From an uncultured Candidatus Saccharibacteria bacterium (GTDB lineage Bacteria; Patescibacteriota; Minisyncoccia; Phycocordibacterales; UBA9973): a DNA stretch of 32,844 nt. This document shows positions 6,868 through 16,454 of the stretch, piece by piece; the stretch's first letter is position 1, and every line of letters begins with the position of its first letter. The position numbers and the translations under genes were made by a program. The notes beneath the pieces are model-generated. The model did not search any database. It was not told the origin of the DNA and saw only the letters and a program-made list of their open reading frames with translations. Where the stretch lies: NCBI GenBank assembly GCA_964613525.1, contig CAZTIN010000002.1:1-32844 (forward strand), read 5' to 3'.

Positions 6868-8159
6868 TACTTGAGCTCTTTTATGTATTCAACTAGTTTA
6901 TCTATTTTAACTGTTTTTTGAGAATGCTTCTGCAGGTCTTTTACTATGACACTTTTTTCAATAGCCTCTTTTTGTCCGAAAATTATTACGAACTGTACAC
7001 CACTACGCTCTGCAATGGCGAGTTGTGCTGAAAGAGAGTCTTTGGTCAAAGACTGTAGTACTGGTATATGGCTCTTGCGTAATATGTCGATAATAGGCAA
7101 GGCTTTTAGCTTAGCTTCAAAACCAAGTTGAATAAAATAACATTTTGGCTTCTTTTGTATCTTAGGAGTAAGATTTGCCCACCAAGGAGCTTCTATTACT
7201 CTGTCCATACCAATAGCTGCACCTACAGCTGGGACTTCTTTTTTTGAACCAAGCATTGTGCCTAGGTAGTCATAACGTCCGCCTCCTGCAACTGAAAGAG
7301 GCCCAGTTTCTTCGTCGCCTTCGTCTATCATTTCAAATACTGTATGTGTGTAGTAGGAAAGACCGCGTACAAGATTCTTGTTCAGTCTATACATGATACC
7401 CATTTCGTCCAAGTATTCTAGAACTTCTTTTAGATGCTTCTTTGACTCTGGGTTAAGTGAAGCTACTGCTTCTGGGGCATCTTGGTTGATAGCTACCATT
7501 TTAGGGTCTTTGGAATCAAGTAGACGTAAAGGATTAGTCTTTAGTCTTTCTCGCGCTTCAGCTGGCATCTGATTCAAATGCTTCTTGTAATAAGCAGTAA
7601 GTTCTTTTAGGTATGCCGTTCTTGATTCTTTGTCCCCGATACTGTTTATATCAACTACCAAATTCTTTGAACCTGCTTCTTCTAGTATAAGAGCCGTTGA
7701 TTTTATTATAAGAGCGTCAGCAATACTTTTCTTTGTGCCTAAAACTTCTAGGTTGAATTGGTGTAATTGACGGTATCGTCCACGCTGAGGTTTGTCATGG
7801 CGGAATACTGGTCCAGATGAATACAGCATTATAGGCTGCGGTTCTGACTGCATGCCATGTTCAATATAAGCGCGCATTGTACCTGCTGTAAATTCAGGAC
7901 GAAGTGCTAGCTGGTCACCACCTTTGGTTTTCAGAGTGTACATTTCTTTATCTACGATGTCTGTACCTATACCAATAGTTGTCTCAAACAAATTCTGGTC
8001 TTCTACCATAGGCGTAGTTATTGGCTTGAATCCATAATAGACTGCTATTTCTTGCGCTTTTTCAAATAGTCCTTGATATGCATAATATTTATCGGACATT
8101 ATGTCGTGCATGCCTTTTGGGCTTTGAAAAGGTTCTTTTCTTGGTTTTTGTGTTGCCAT
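6867..8159 (-). CDS. hisS: histidine--tRNA ligase
   Basis: Class II motifs LRPEFTAGTMRAY, FRHDKPQRGRYRQLHQ and GGGRYD, plus a C-terminal anticodon-binding domain. It overlaps the def start by 1 nt. Confidence 0.95.
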   Translation of the reverse strand: MATQKPRKEPFQSPKGMHDIMSDKYYAYQGLFEKAQEIAVYYGFKPITTPMVEDQNLFETTIGIGTDIVDKEMYTLKTKGGDQLALRPEFTAGTMRAYIEHGMQSEPQPIMLYSSGPVFRHDKPQRGRYRQLHQFNLEVLGTKKSIADALIIKSTALILEEAGSKNLVVDINSIGDKESRTAYLKELTAYYKKHLNQMPAEARERLKTNPLRLLDSKDPKMVAINQDAPEAVASLNPESKKHLKEVLEYLDEMGIMYRLNKNLVRGLSYYTHTVFEMIDEGDEETGPLSVAGGGRYDYLGTMLGSKKEVPAVGAAIGMDRVIEAPWWANLTPKIQKKPKCYFIQLGFEAKLKALPIIDILRKSHIPVLQSLTKDSLSAQLAIAERSGVQFVIIFGQKEAIEKSVIVKDLQKHSQKTVKIDKLVEYIKELK

Positions 8160-8164
8160 ACTAA

Positions 8165-8797
8165 TTAATTTTGGTTTGGTTTTACTTCTTCTAATTCTGG
8201 ATATTTGTATTCACCAGGGAACATGTCTATTTTCTTAAAAGGATATAGTCTTACTAGTGCGCGACCGGTAGTTAACTTTATAGGTAGGAATCGCCAGTTT
8301 CTAGAATCATAACTCTCAGCTCTGTTGTCTCCCATCACAAATAGGCTGCCCTCGGGGACTATTATGTCTTCTAGTGATTCATAAGATCTATTTTTTACAT
8401 AAGGTTCGTCTAGTTTTAGTGTCCTGCCATCTTTAGTAATAACAGTTACTTCGCCATTGATTATTTGCAAAGTATCACCAGGTAATCCTATAACACGTTT
8501 TACAAAATGTTCTTTAGGGTTTCCAGGGAATTTAAATACTATTACTTCGCCACGTTTCGGACTACGTAAATGGTATGATAACTCATCAACTATAAGATAG
8601 TCGCTCTGATGTAAAGTCGGGTCCATAGACCTGCCTTTAACTAGGAATGGTTGCGCCACAAAAGCTCTGATAGGGATAACGATAACTAGAGCTAATATTA
8701 TGTACTTTATAATGTCCCAAATACTTTCTTTCTTCTTTTCTTCCGGTTTCTGATCTTTTTCAGGTGTATTATTAAATGTGTTTTTAATTATATTCAT
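8165..8797 (-). CDS. lepB: signal peptidase I (start moved to the internal ATG, MNIIKNT...)
   Basis: GRSMDPTL Ser box, KRVIGLPGD Lys box and GDNRAESYDSR. The upstream 45 codons of the track ORF would overlap pth and the promoters. Confidence 0.88.
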   Translation of the reverse strand: MNIIKNTFNNTPEKDQKPEEKKKESIWDIIKYIILALVIVIPIRAFVAQPFLVKGRSMDPTLHQSDYLIVDELSYHLRSPKRGEVIVFKFPGNPKEHFVKRVIGLPGDTLQIINGEVTVITKDGRTLKLDEPYVKNRSYESLEDIIVPEGSLFVMGDNRAESYDSRNWRFLPIKLTTGRALVRLYPFKKIDMFPGEYKYPELEEVKPNQN

Positions 8798-8807
8798 ATA
8801 CACGTCA

Positions 8808-8816
8808 AGTATAGCA
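8808..8816 (-). promoter_or_regulatory. extended -10 promoter TGcTATACT, 10 nt before the lepB ATG
   Basis: The minus strand reads TGCTATACT TGACGTGTAT ATG. Confidence 0.45.
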
Positions 8817-8860
8817 TGTAATTTGTTTGACAACAGTAGTTTTATATTTTTTAATTTATA

Positions 8861-8869
8861 TGTTATAAT
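8861..8869 (+). promoter_or_regulatory. extended -10 promoter TGtTATAAT, 6 nt before the pth ATG (leaderless)
   Basis: TGT plus TATAAT (8864-8869), gap GGTGTT, then ATG 8876. Confidence 0.55.
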
Positions 8870-8875
8870 GGTGTT

Positions 8876-9439
8876 ATGATACCAGTAATTGGGCTCGGAA
8901 ACCCTGGGAGAGAATATGAGAAAACCCGTCATAATGTGGGTTTTATGGTCTTGGACAAACTAGCCGAAGGCTATTCTTGGGATTATGATAAATACTTACT
9001 ATCAAACAAAACTCTTCTTAGGATAGATGACAAGGAAATGCTTCTCCTAAAGCCGGAAACTTTTATGAATGAATCCGGTAAAGTCCTAGAAGGAATCAAA
9101 AGAATTAACCCATACGCTATAAACAGTCTTGTGGTGGTTCATGATGAAATTGATCTACCTATTGGTGTAGTTAAAATTAATTATGACAGGGGAGACGGTG
9201 GTCATAATGGAATCCGTTCTATTAATCAGCATTTTGGTGGCAAGAACTATGTACGTGTACGTGTTGGAATATCAAAAACCGGTGATAATAGGGAAATCCA
9301 TAAACCAAACGTCTTAGGTGAGTTTGATAAAAATGATGCGGAATTGTTAGAAAAATCTATCAGTAAAGCAGTAGACGCGATTAAAGAAATATTAGTCTCA
9401 GGTAAAGACCTAGCAGCTAGTAAAATAAACCAAAAGTAA
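8876..9439 (+). CDS. pth: peptidyl-tRNA hydrolase
   Basis: VIGLGNPG..Y..TRHNVGF start and HDE.DLP.G... GHNG motifs. Confidence 0.95.
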   Translation: MIPVIGLGNPGREYEKTRHNVGFMVLDKLAEGYSWDYDKYLLSNKTLLRIDDKEMLLLKPETFMNESGKVLEGIKRINPYAINSLVVVHDEIDLPIGVVKINYDRGDGGHNGIRSINQHFGGKNYVRVRVGISKTGDNREIHKPNVLGEFDKNDAELLEKSISKAVDAIKEILVSGKDLAASKINQK

Positions 9440-9440
9440 A

Positions 9441-9466
9441 AGCCAGACTTTATGTCTGGCTTTTCT
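9441..9466. terminator. bidirectional terminator (convergent pth and the 9484 gene)
   Basis: AGCCAGAC (9441-9448) pairs with GTCTGGCT (9454-9461), followed by a T-run. Confidence 0.75.
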
Positions 9467-9483
9467 TTAATTTCTTTGATACT

Positions 9484-9909
9484 TCAAGCGGTAGCTTGTT
9501 CTAGCACCATTGTTTTCTTTTTCTTTTCAGTTTCAATTTCTACTGTAGAAACTCGGAGCTCTTCTGCCATATCGTGTTCGGAATTGGCATAAGATACTTT
9601 GTTTAAATCAATAGTTAGGCCTTTTGCAATAGGTACTACTAAAGCTTCTTTTGCTGCATTTCTTGCGTTTTCTTTAGCTTCATAAGCGTCTTGAAATTTG
9701 TCGCTACGGTGCAGTGAATAAGCTGTAATAAGAGTTGAAACCCCAGCAAATAAAATGTATGTCTGAAATAACGACATCTCTTCATTTTGCTCGCGCATGA
9801 TACCTACTATGATTAGTAGAATAATGGCCACTGATCCCACTACGGCAGAAAGGGGAATTTCTTTTTTGTGATTTGTTGTACGGTTTTTGATTTTTAAGTG
9901 TTTGTCCAT
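9484..9909 (-). CDS. hypothetical two-TM membrane protein
   Basis: 141-aa ORF with two hydrophobic helices and a charged C-terminal tail. It is the only gene in the window ending in TGA. Confidence 0.5.
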   Translation of the reverse strand: MDKHLKIKNRTTNHKKEIPLSAVVGSVAIILLIIVGIMREQNEEMSLFQTYILFAGVSTLITAYSLHRSDKFQDAYEAKENARNAAKEALVVPIAKGLTIDLNKVSYANSEHDMAEELRVSTVEIETEKKKKTMVLEQATA

Positions 9910-9966
9910 TAATTATATATATTTTAAACTTTTTTAATTATAACCCATTTTTATATCAAAGTCAAA

Positions 9967-9995
9967 CAGCCCGCAAACTTTTAGTTTGCGGGCTG
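9967..9995 (-). terminator. terminator hairpin after rpsA
   Basis: 13-bp stem CAGCCCGCAAACT / AGTTTGCGGGCTG with a 3-nt loop. The flanking T/A runs are short. Confidence 0.65.
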
Positions 9996-10007
9996 TTTAA
10001 AGGGTTT

Positions 10008-11081
10008 CTATTTTGCGTCTTTTTCCATTAGGACAAGAGTCATTCTTTGATTCTTTGGTTCAAATAGAGTTACTTGGAAGTCGTAAGTTTTACCAAGTGA
10101 CAATTTTTCGCGAAGCTTGTCTTCTCCACCCATTGTAGAATGATGACAAAGTCCTGCTACTCCTTGCTTGATAGAAACTAGTGCGCCATGCTTGTTGAAT
10201 TTGATAACAACACCTGACACAATGTCTCCCTTTTTGATTTTACCTTCGAATTCTGCCCAAGGATTTTCTTTAAGAGCTTTGATAGAAAGAGATATTTTAC
10301 CATCTTTAACTTCTATAACTTTAGCGCGTATTTTTTCGCCAAGTTTAAATAGTGCTCTTGGGTCTTCAACTAGACCCCAGTCTAGTTCAGATATGTGTAC
10401 TAGTCCTTCTAGACCTTCTTCGATTTTTAGGAAAACTCCAAAATCTACGATACCAGAAACTTCACAATCAAGTGAGTCGCCAACATTATATTTAGACAAT
10501 GTTTCAGCTCTTTCTTCAGGATTGTTTTCTTTTTCAGAAAAGATTAGTTTACCTTCTTTAGGTATAGCAGTCAGTATTGTTACTGAAAGCTTTTTACCAA
10601 CTAGCTTCTTTAGTTCACCTAATATCTTATCTTTATCAGAATCATCTACTCTTGGGTAGTTTTCTGGACGAAGTTGGCTTGCTGGTAAGAAGCCACTAAT
10701 ACCTTGCCAGTCTAGTATAAGACCGCCTTTGTTAGCTTCTTTGACTGGTATTTCCAGTACAGTTTTAGCTTTTATGTGACGTTCTGCCTCACTCCAGATT
10801 AGAGCCTGTTTAGCTTCTTTAAGAGATAGCTCTACATAACCATCAGCATTCTTTGTATCAACAACTTTTGCTTTTACAGAGTCACCAATGCTTACTTTTT
10901 TTATAATGTCACGAGCCGCGATAAATTCGCGACCGTATATGATACCAGTACCAAAAGGTGCTAGGTCTATATAGACCGATGACTTTTTGATACCTATCAC
11001 TGGGCCTTCAACAAGAGATTCTAGTGCCGGTGTTGGTGCTGAATCCTCGATGATGGACTTTAGTGTTAGTTCATCATTCAT
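10008..11081 (-). CDS. rpsA: 30S ribosomal protein S1, four S1 domains
   Basis: Four tandem S1 OB-fold repeats, e.g. G.V.G.V..F..FGVFLKIEEGLEGLVHISEL. 357 aa. Confidence 0.88.
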   Translation of the reverse strand: MNDELTLKSIIEDSAPTPALESLVEGPVIGIKKSSVYIDLAPFGTGIIYGREFIAARDIIKKVSIGDSVKAKVVDTKNADGYVELSLKEAKQALIWSEAERHIKAKTVLEIPVKEANKGGLILDWQGISGFLPASQLRPENYPRVDDSDKDKILGELKKLVGKKLSVTILTAIPKEGKLIFSEKENNPEERAETLSKYNVGDSLDCEVSGIVDFGVFLKIEEGLEGLVHISELDWGLVEDPRALFKLGEKIRAKVIEVKDGKISLSIKALKENPWAEFEGKIKKGDIVSGVVIKFNKHGALVSIKQGVAGLCHHSTMGGEDKLREKLSLGKTYDFQVTLFEPKNQRMTLVLMEKDAK

Positions 11082-11190
11082 AATTATATCTTTATTCAGT
11101 TTTGCTTTCTTCTGGTACCGGTAAAACTTGTATACAGGGGACCCAGAGAGGGTTAATGCAAAACCATTACTTTTAATAAAAGACTTTTAA

Positions 11191-11219
11191 AAACTAGCAT
11201 AAATTTCTTATTTTGGCAA
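11191..11219 (-). promoter_or_regulatory. candidate rpsA promoter TTGCCA-N17-(TGc)TAGTTT, implying a roughly 100-nt leader
   Basis: The minus strand reads TTGCCA AAATAAGAAATTTATGC TAGTTT. The -10 match is imperfect. Confidence 0.4.
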
Positions 11220-11230
11220 GTCCTAGGTGG

Positions 11231-11259
11231 TTTACCAGCTAGTAATTTTAGGCTATAAT
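11231..11259 (+). promoter_or_regulatory. promoter TTTACC-N17-TATAAT, 6 nt before ATG 11266 (leaderless)
   Basis: TTTACC at 11231-11236, TATAAT at 11254-11259, gap TGGAAC, then ATG. Confidence 0.55.
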
Positions 11260-11265
11260 TGGAAC

Positions 11266-11883
11266 ATGATTGTTACATATCAAGGCGAAAGTTGTCTGAA
11301 GATTCAGTACGGTGATTTTACGTTAGCTTATAATCCTCCAAAGGTTTCGAGTGACGGTAAAGTTCCAAGGTTTGGGGCTAATGTGGTTCTTGTGTCTACT
11401 CATATAGATTCAGCTAATGGTCCAGAAAATATGGAGTACGGCAGTACCGTACCTTTTGTTATCGATGGTCCAGGTAATTATGAGATAGCAGGCATGTCCA
11501 TAGAAGGCATAGGTAGCGAAGTTGTTCTAGGTAAAGAAAAATTTATTAGTACTGTTTATAGAACACATCTAGACGGTATGAATTTAGTATTCTTAGGTCA
11601 TGTTACAGACGAAGTCTTAACTCCTGAATTTCGCGGCAGGGTAGGAACTTGCGATATAATTTTTATTCCAATAGGTCACGAAGGTCTTAGTAGTCAGATG
11701 GCTTATAAGATGGCTGTTGGTTCAGATGCTGCTATTGTTGTACCAGTTGGTTCAGATACTACAAAGATTAAATCTTTCTTAAAAGAAGCAGGTCAGGATG
11801 CTGTAAAACCTATAGACAAATTAACCGTTAAGAAAAAAGACCTATCTGGTAAAGAAGGCGAAGTTGTAACGCTCGAAATGTAA
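11266..11883 (+). CDS. MBL-fold (UPF0173-like) protein with a degenerate metal-binding motif; start moved to ATG 11266
   Basis: MIVTYQGESCLKIQ start as in MBL-fold hydrolases, but STHIDSAN replaces the HxHxDH motif. Confidence 0.5.
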   Translation: MIVTYQGESCLKIQYGDFTLAYNPPKVSSDGKVPRFGANVVLVSTHIDSANGPENMEYGSTVPFVIDGPGNYEIAGMSIEGIGSEVVLGKEKFISTVYRTHLDGMNLVFLGHVTDEVLTPEFRGRVGTCDIIFIPIGHEGLSSQMAYKMAVGSDAAIVVPVGSDTTKIKSFLKEAGQDAVKPIDKLTVKKKDLSGKEGEVVTLEM

Positions 11884-11887
11884 TACT

Positions 11888-12106
11888 ATGAATGATAATT
11901 CTCATCTCAAAAAGAAAGCATTACTGTATGCAATAGGACTCACTGCTCTAATCGCTATACTTTATATAATATTTGTAAAATATGAAAAAGTAGAAGTTGA
12001 AAATAATAGTGGAGTCTCTAATCTTTCAGAGAGTATTAAAGAGAGTTTCAAATCAGTTTCTAACAGTATAAATACCGGTAAAGAAATATTAAGTAATAAA
12101 GAATAA
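11888..12106 (+). CDS. small membrane-anchored hypothetical protein
   Basis: 72-aa ORF with one TM helix (ALLYAIGLTALIAILYIIFV). It is tightly packed between its neighbours. Confidence 0.45.
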   Translation: MNDNSHLKKKALLYAIGLTALIAILYIIFVKYEKVEVENNSGVSNLSESIKESFKSVSNSINTGKEILSNKE

Positions 12107-12116
12107 TTTATAAGTT

Positions 12117-14594
12117 ATGCCAAAAACACCAAAAAACCAAAACCCTGAAGAAGAAATCGTTCCTCAGACAGACCGCATCCAAAAACACGCTATTGTGTCT
12201 GAAATGCGTGAATCATACTTGGACTATGCAATGAGTGTTATCACTTCACGTGCTCTTCCTGATGTCCGTGATGGTCTTAAACCTGTGCACAGGCGTATTC
12301 TTTATGCGATGCATGAGATGGGTCTTACATCTGGATCAAGATTCCGTAAATCTGCAACAGTTGTGGGTGAAGTTTTAGGTAAATACCATCCTCATGGTGA
12401 TGCATCAGTTTATGATGCTATGGTTAACATGGCGCAAGATTTCTCTTACAGGTATCCATTAGTTACTGGTCAAGGTAACTTTGGCTCTATTGATGGTGAC
12501 GGAGCTGCTGCTATGCGTTATACCGAAGCAAGAATGTCCAAAGTCTCTTCCGTATTCTTGCAAGACCTGGAAAAAAATACTGTTAATTTCCGTCCAAACT
12601 ACGACCAAACAAAAAAAGAACCAGTAGTTTTGCCAGCTATGGTGCCTGGGTTACTACTAAACGGAACTTTGGGTATTGCTGTCGGTATGGCTACAAACAT
12701 TCCACCGCATAACCTAGGTGAAGTTATGGATGCGTGTATTCATTTTAATGATAATCCGGATTCAACCACAGAAGATCTAATGGAATTTATCCAAGGACCG
12801 GACTTTCCAACTGGTGCTGTTGCTTATAATAAAAAAGACATGCTCCATGCTTACCAAACAGGTCGCGGTGGTGTAACTGTACGCGGCGAAGCCGAAGTCA
12901 TAGAACAAAAAGGAGGACAATTCCAAATAATCGTAACTTCTTTACCGTACAGAGTAGTTAAAGCTAACTTTGTTGAATCTATTGCTGACCTAGTTCGCGA
13001 AAAGAAAATAGACGGTATCAAGGGTCTTCGTGATGAGTCTACTCGTGATATGCGCGTCGTTATTGACCTTAAAACCGGCGCTCATCCACAAAAGGTTTTG
13101 AATTATCTTTATAAACACACTCAATTAGAAAGTGTCTTCCACTACAACTTGGTGGCTCTTGTTGATGGTGTTCCACAAACACTGTCTCTTAAGACTTTCA
13201 TAGAAGAATTTATCAAACACCGTCGCGAAGTTATAGTCCGTCGTACTGAGTTTGATTTAGCAAAAGCCAAAGACCGCGAACACATTTTGCTCGGTCTTAA
13301 GAAGGCGCTGGATTTCATAGACGAAGTTATTAAGATAATTCGCGCTTCTAAAGACGGCGCTGCAGCAAAAGAAGCCCTAATAAAACGATTCAAATTTAGC
13401 GACCTGCAAGCTACCGCCATCCTGGAAATGAGACTCCAGAAACTAGCTGGACTTGAACGTAAGGCTGTAGAACTAGAACTGAAAGAAAAGCAAGAATTAA
13501 TTGCTGAACTTGAAAGTATTCTAAAAACTCCAAAGAAAGTTACTAAAATAATAGGTGATGAACTAAACCATATTAAGACTACATATAGTGATGACAGAAA
13601 GACAAAAATAGTAAAAGGTGGTCTTAAATCTATGAGCGACGAAGACCTAATCCCAGAGAAAGAATCTGTCTTGGTTTATACTGCTGGTGGTTATGTTAAA
13701 CGTACTGACCCAACAGAATACCGTAAACAAAATCGTGGCGGAATAGGTACTATTGATATCGAAACAAAAGAAGAAGATTTTGTAACAATGTTAGTCGATG
13801 CGAATACTCATGCTGATCTTTTATTCTTCACGAATCAGGGACGCGCTTACCAAATAAGAATGTTCGACATTCCAGAAGGTAAACGTGCCACAAAAGGTAA
13901 GTCAATTAATAATTTCCTTTCTTTAACAGGTGACGAAAAGGTTACTTCTATTTTACCTATCAGTAAAGGTGATAAATCTAAATATGAATCATTAATGCTA
14001 GTAACTAAACACGGTACAACTAAGAAAGTCGCTTATGAGTCATTCAAAGACGTGCGTCGTAGTGGTCTTATTGCGATTACTCTTGAAAAAGGTGATGAGC
14101 TTATATCAGTTATGGCTCTTGAAAAAGGTGACGATGTCTTGCTCGTAACCAAAGACGGTCAGTCTATTAGATTTACTGAATCTGATGTTCGTCAGATGGG
14201 CCGTGCCGCTGCAGGTGTTATCGGTATGAAGCTAAGCAAAGGTGATATTGTTATAGGTGTTAATGCTATTTCAAATAGTGCCGATACGAAAGATCTAACT
14301 ATACTAACAATCAGTGAAAAAGGTTTAGGTAAAAGAACAAAGCTTTCCGAATACAAAGTCCAGAAACGTGGAGGATCCGGAATTCTTACTGCTAAAGTTA
14401 CAGAAAAAACTGGTGAAATTATGTCAGCACGTATTGCAGGTAACGATGGTGAATTAATCGCTATTTCTAAGAAAGGCCAAACCATCAGGACTGACATAGG
14501 TTCTGTGCCAATACTCGGTAGGTCAACACAAGGCGTAACAATAATGAAGTTAAGAGCAGGTGATGCAATTGCGTCGCTGGCTGTACTAAGTTAG
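12117..14594 (+). CDS. gyrA: DNA gyrase subunit A
   Basis: [30 protein letters not shown], the catalytic Tyr context [10 protein letters not shown], and C-terminal beta-pinwheel repeats. Confidence 0.97.
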   Translation: MPKTPKNQNPEEEIVPQTDRIQKHAIVSEMRESYLDYAMSVITSRALPDVRDGLKPVHRRILYAMHEMGLTSGSRFRKSATVVGEVLGKYHPHGDASVYDAMVNMAQDFSYRYPLVTGQGNFGSIDGDGAAAMRYTEARMSKVSSVFLQDLEKNTVNFRPNYDQTKKEPVVLPAMVPGLLLNGTLGIAVGMATNIPPHNLGEVMDACIHFNDNPDSTTEDLMEFIQGPDFPTGAVAYNKKDMLHAYQTGRGGVTVRGEAEVIEQKGGQFQIIVTSLPYRVVKANFVESIADLVREKKIDGIKGLRDESTRDMRVVIDLKTGAHPQKVLNYLYKHTQLESVFHYNLVALVDGVPQTLSLKTFIEEFIKHRREVIVRRTEFDLAKAKDREHILLGLKKALDFIDEVIKIIRASKDGAAAKEALIKRFKFSDLQATAILEMRLQKLAGLERKAVELELKEKQELIAELESILKTPKKVTKIIGDELNHIKTTYSDDRKTKIVKGGLKSMSDEDLIPEKESVLVYTAGGYVKRTDPTEYRKQNRGGIGTIDIETKEEDFVTMLVDANTHADLLFFTNQGRAYQIRMFDIPEGKRATKGKSINNFLSLTGDEKVTSILPISKGDKSKYESLMLVTKHGTTKKVAYESFKDVRRSGLIAITLEKGDELISVMALEKGDDVLLVTKDGQSIRFTESDVRQMGRAAAGVIGMKLSKGDIVIGVNAISNSADTKDLTILTISEKGLGKRTKLSEYKVQKRGGSGILTAKVTEKTGEIMSARIAGNDGELIAISKKGQTIRTDIGSVPILGRSTQGVTIMKLRAGDAIASLAVLS

Positions 14595-14596
14595 CT

Positions 14597-15106
14597 ATGA
14601 ATACATCTGTCGCAGATGTTATAAACGGACTACCTCTAAAGCAGAATTCTAAAATCCTAATAATCGGAGATTTACCTCTTCGGTATATAACTTTGTTTAC
14701 TGATAAAGTCGGTAACAATAATGTGACTCTGTTAAAGATTAAAAACGCAGAATCTAAAAAACACGATTTTAAAGAAATTTTCTATGACATTGATAATGGT
14801 AAAAAGCTACCTTTTCGCAGTGAGCTGTTCGATGTTTTGTTTGTGTTTCATACACTGCGCTATGTTATTTACAGAGAATCTCTATTAAAAGAATTTACTC
14901 GTATTTTAAAGCCAGGTGGTCTTAACGTTATCATTGAATCTAAAATTAATGCATTCAGTGCTAGTTCTCACCCTGATGCAAAAATAATTTTTGACGACAT
15001 GCTTGAATATCTAGACCGAGCAAACTTTCTTTTAGGTGAAAATTTTGACACTAATCAAGATGAATATGGTATTATAAGTATATGTCCTATTCGAGAATCA
15101 GAATAG
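14597..15106 (+). CDS. class I methyltransferase-fold protein with a degenerate SAM motif I
   Basis: LPF.SELFDVLFVFHTLRYV and LKPGG resemble Methyltransf_11, but motif I reads ILIIGDLPL with no GxGxG. It starts 2 nt after the gyrA stop. Confidence 0.5.
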   Translation: MNTSVADVINGLPLKQNSKILIIGDLPLRYITLFTDKVGNNNVTLLKIKNAESKKHDFKEIFYDIDNGKKLPFRSELFDVLFVFHTLRYVIYRESLLKEFTRILKPGGLNVIIESKINAFSASSHPDAKIIFDDMLEYLDRANFLLGENFDTNQDEYGIISICPIRESE

Positions 15107-15115
15107 CTAATTTGT

Positions 15116-16453
15116 ATGAATAAATTCCAAACAATTTTACTAATAGTTTTTGGTGTAGGTGCAATTTTTGCGGTTATGGTATTTGCCGGTTATATACCAA
15201 CACCAGCTAGTAAAACCAAAATCAAAGGCACAGGTACAGTAGTCATCTGGGGTACTCAAAATGAAGAAAGATTCGTATCTTATATGACAGACCTTGCCGA
15301 TGGTATTCAGGATTTTCGCATAGTTTATGTTCCGAAAGATGAATCAACTTATGAATCAGAACTAATAGAAGCTTTTGCTGCTGGTAAAGGTCCTGATATG
15401 TTCATGGTTACTAATGAAAATATGCTACGTTTTACTAACCAGATAGAACCAATAAGCTACGTTACTTTGCCTCAGAAGAATTTCATCAGTTCATACCCTA
15501 GCGCCTTCTCAGTATTCCTGACAGGTTCAGGTTCACTGGCTTATCCTTTGATGATTGACCCAATGGTGCTGTATTACAACAGGACATTACTTGCTAATGA
15601 TGGTATTGCTAATCCACCCAAATATTGGGATGAAGTACCGTTAATGGCTGAGAAACTAACCAAGCGTGACACTACTGGTGCGTTTCTGCAAAGCGCAATA
15701 GCTATGGGGCGATTTGAGAATATATCAAACGCTAAAGACATCATTGTACTGCTGCTAACTCAGGTAGGGAATAATATTGTAGGTATTAACAACGAAGGCT
15801 ACTATGTTTCAACTCTTGCGGAACATAGGACTTCTCTTGGTTTAACTTTGCCGGCGGTTATTAACTATTTCACAGATTTTGCTTCACCTGATTCTACTGT
15901 ATATTCTTGGAATAAAAGTTTGCCTGATGCAACCAGTTCATTCTTAACAGAAAGAGTTGCTCTTTATCCTGGCTTTGCTAGCGAATTATTTAACCTGCAG
16001 CAAAGAAATCCTAATTTAGCACTAGCTGTAACAGATATACCTCAGCCACGCGGATTTACTAATAAGAAAACCTATGCCAAAGTCACAGGTATTGCTCTTT
16101 CTAAATATAGTACAAACAAGCTAACGGCTCTTCTAACTATGCAAACTATTGGTAGTCCTTATCATGCAGCTAATATCGCAAAAGTTTTAGCACTGCCGTC
16201 ACCGTACAGTAGCGACTTGTTACAAAGCCCTGATCCTTCGCTGGCGTATCAAACAGTTCTTCAGTCAGCAGCACTGAGAGCCACATCTTTCCGTGACCCT
16301 GGAGCGTCTCAAACGATGGGTATTTTTAGAGAATTAACCCAAGCTATCTTGGCTGGTGGTGCTGATGCAGATGGAGCATATGATAGAGCCGATTCTGGAA
16401 TAACACTTCTCTTAACCAAGTTTAATCAGGCAGCAGTATCTCAAACAAATTAG
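15116..16453 (+). CDS. membrane-anchored extracellular solute-binding protein (SBP family 1-like)
   Basis: N-terminal TM anchor, then VVIWGT...AFAAGKGPDMFMV...YPLMIDPMVLYYNRTLL...PPKYWDEV, typical of MalE-type SBPs. Confidence 0.72.
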   Translation: MNKFQTILLIVFGVGAIFAVMVFAGYIPTPASKTKIKGTGTVVIWGTQNEERFVSYMTDLADGIQDFRIVYVPKDESTYESELIEAFAAGKGPDMFMVTNENMLRFTNQIEPISYVTLPQKNFISSYPSAFSVFLTGSGSLAYPLMIDPMVLYYNRTLLANDGIANPPKYWDEVPLMAEKLTKRDTTGAFLQSAIAMGRFENISNAKDIIVLLLTQVGNNIVGINNEGYYVSTLAEHRTSLGLTLPAVINYFTDFASPDSTVYSWNKSLPDATSSFLTERVALYPGFASELFNLQQRNPNLALAVTDIPQPRGFTNKKTYAKVTGIALSKYSTNKLTALLTMQTIGSPYHAANIAKVLALPSPYSSDLLQSPDPSLAYQTVLQSAALRATSFRDPGASQTMGIFRELTQAILAGGADADGAYDRADSGITLLLTKFNQAAVSQTN

Positions 16454-16454
16454 T

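Noticed and set aside
8798-8932. Upstream extensions of track ORFs: lepB to 8932, the MBL-fold gene from GTG 11227, and the pilin gene from TTG 19790
   Set aside because: The extensions overlap divergent genes or promoters and add non-homologous residues. Internal ATGs (8797, 11266, 19802) sit at the expected distance from -10 elements and give family-typical N-termini.
10168-10659. Long antisense ORFs inside conserved genes, e.g. 10168-10659 opposite rpsA, 25049-25522 and 25829-26164 opposite clpB, 13142-13420 and 14192-14497 opposite gyrA, 30564-30890 opposite murA, 22174-22536 opposite infB
   Set aside because: They are shadow frames of strongly conserved genes. They have Ser/Leu/Ile-rich compositions with no motifs, promoters or terminators of their own.
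11082-11265. Possible small RNA gene (SRP RNA, riboswitch or other ncRNA) in the largest non-coding gaps, 11082-11265 and 20581-20757
   Set aside because: I could find no conserved SRP domain IV motif, riboswitch core or substantial stem-loop architecture. Divergent promoters plus the rpsA leader and the tRNA promoters explain these gaps better.
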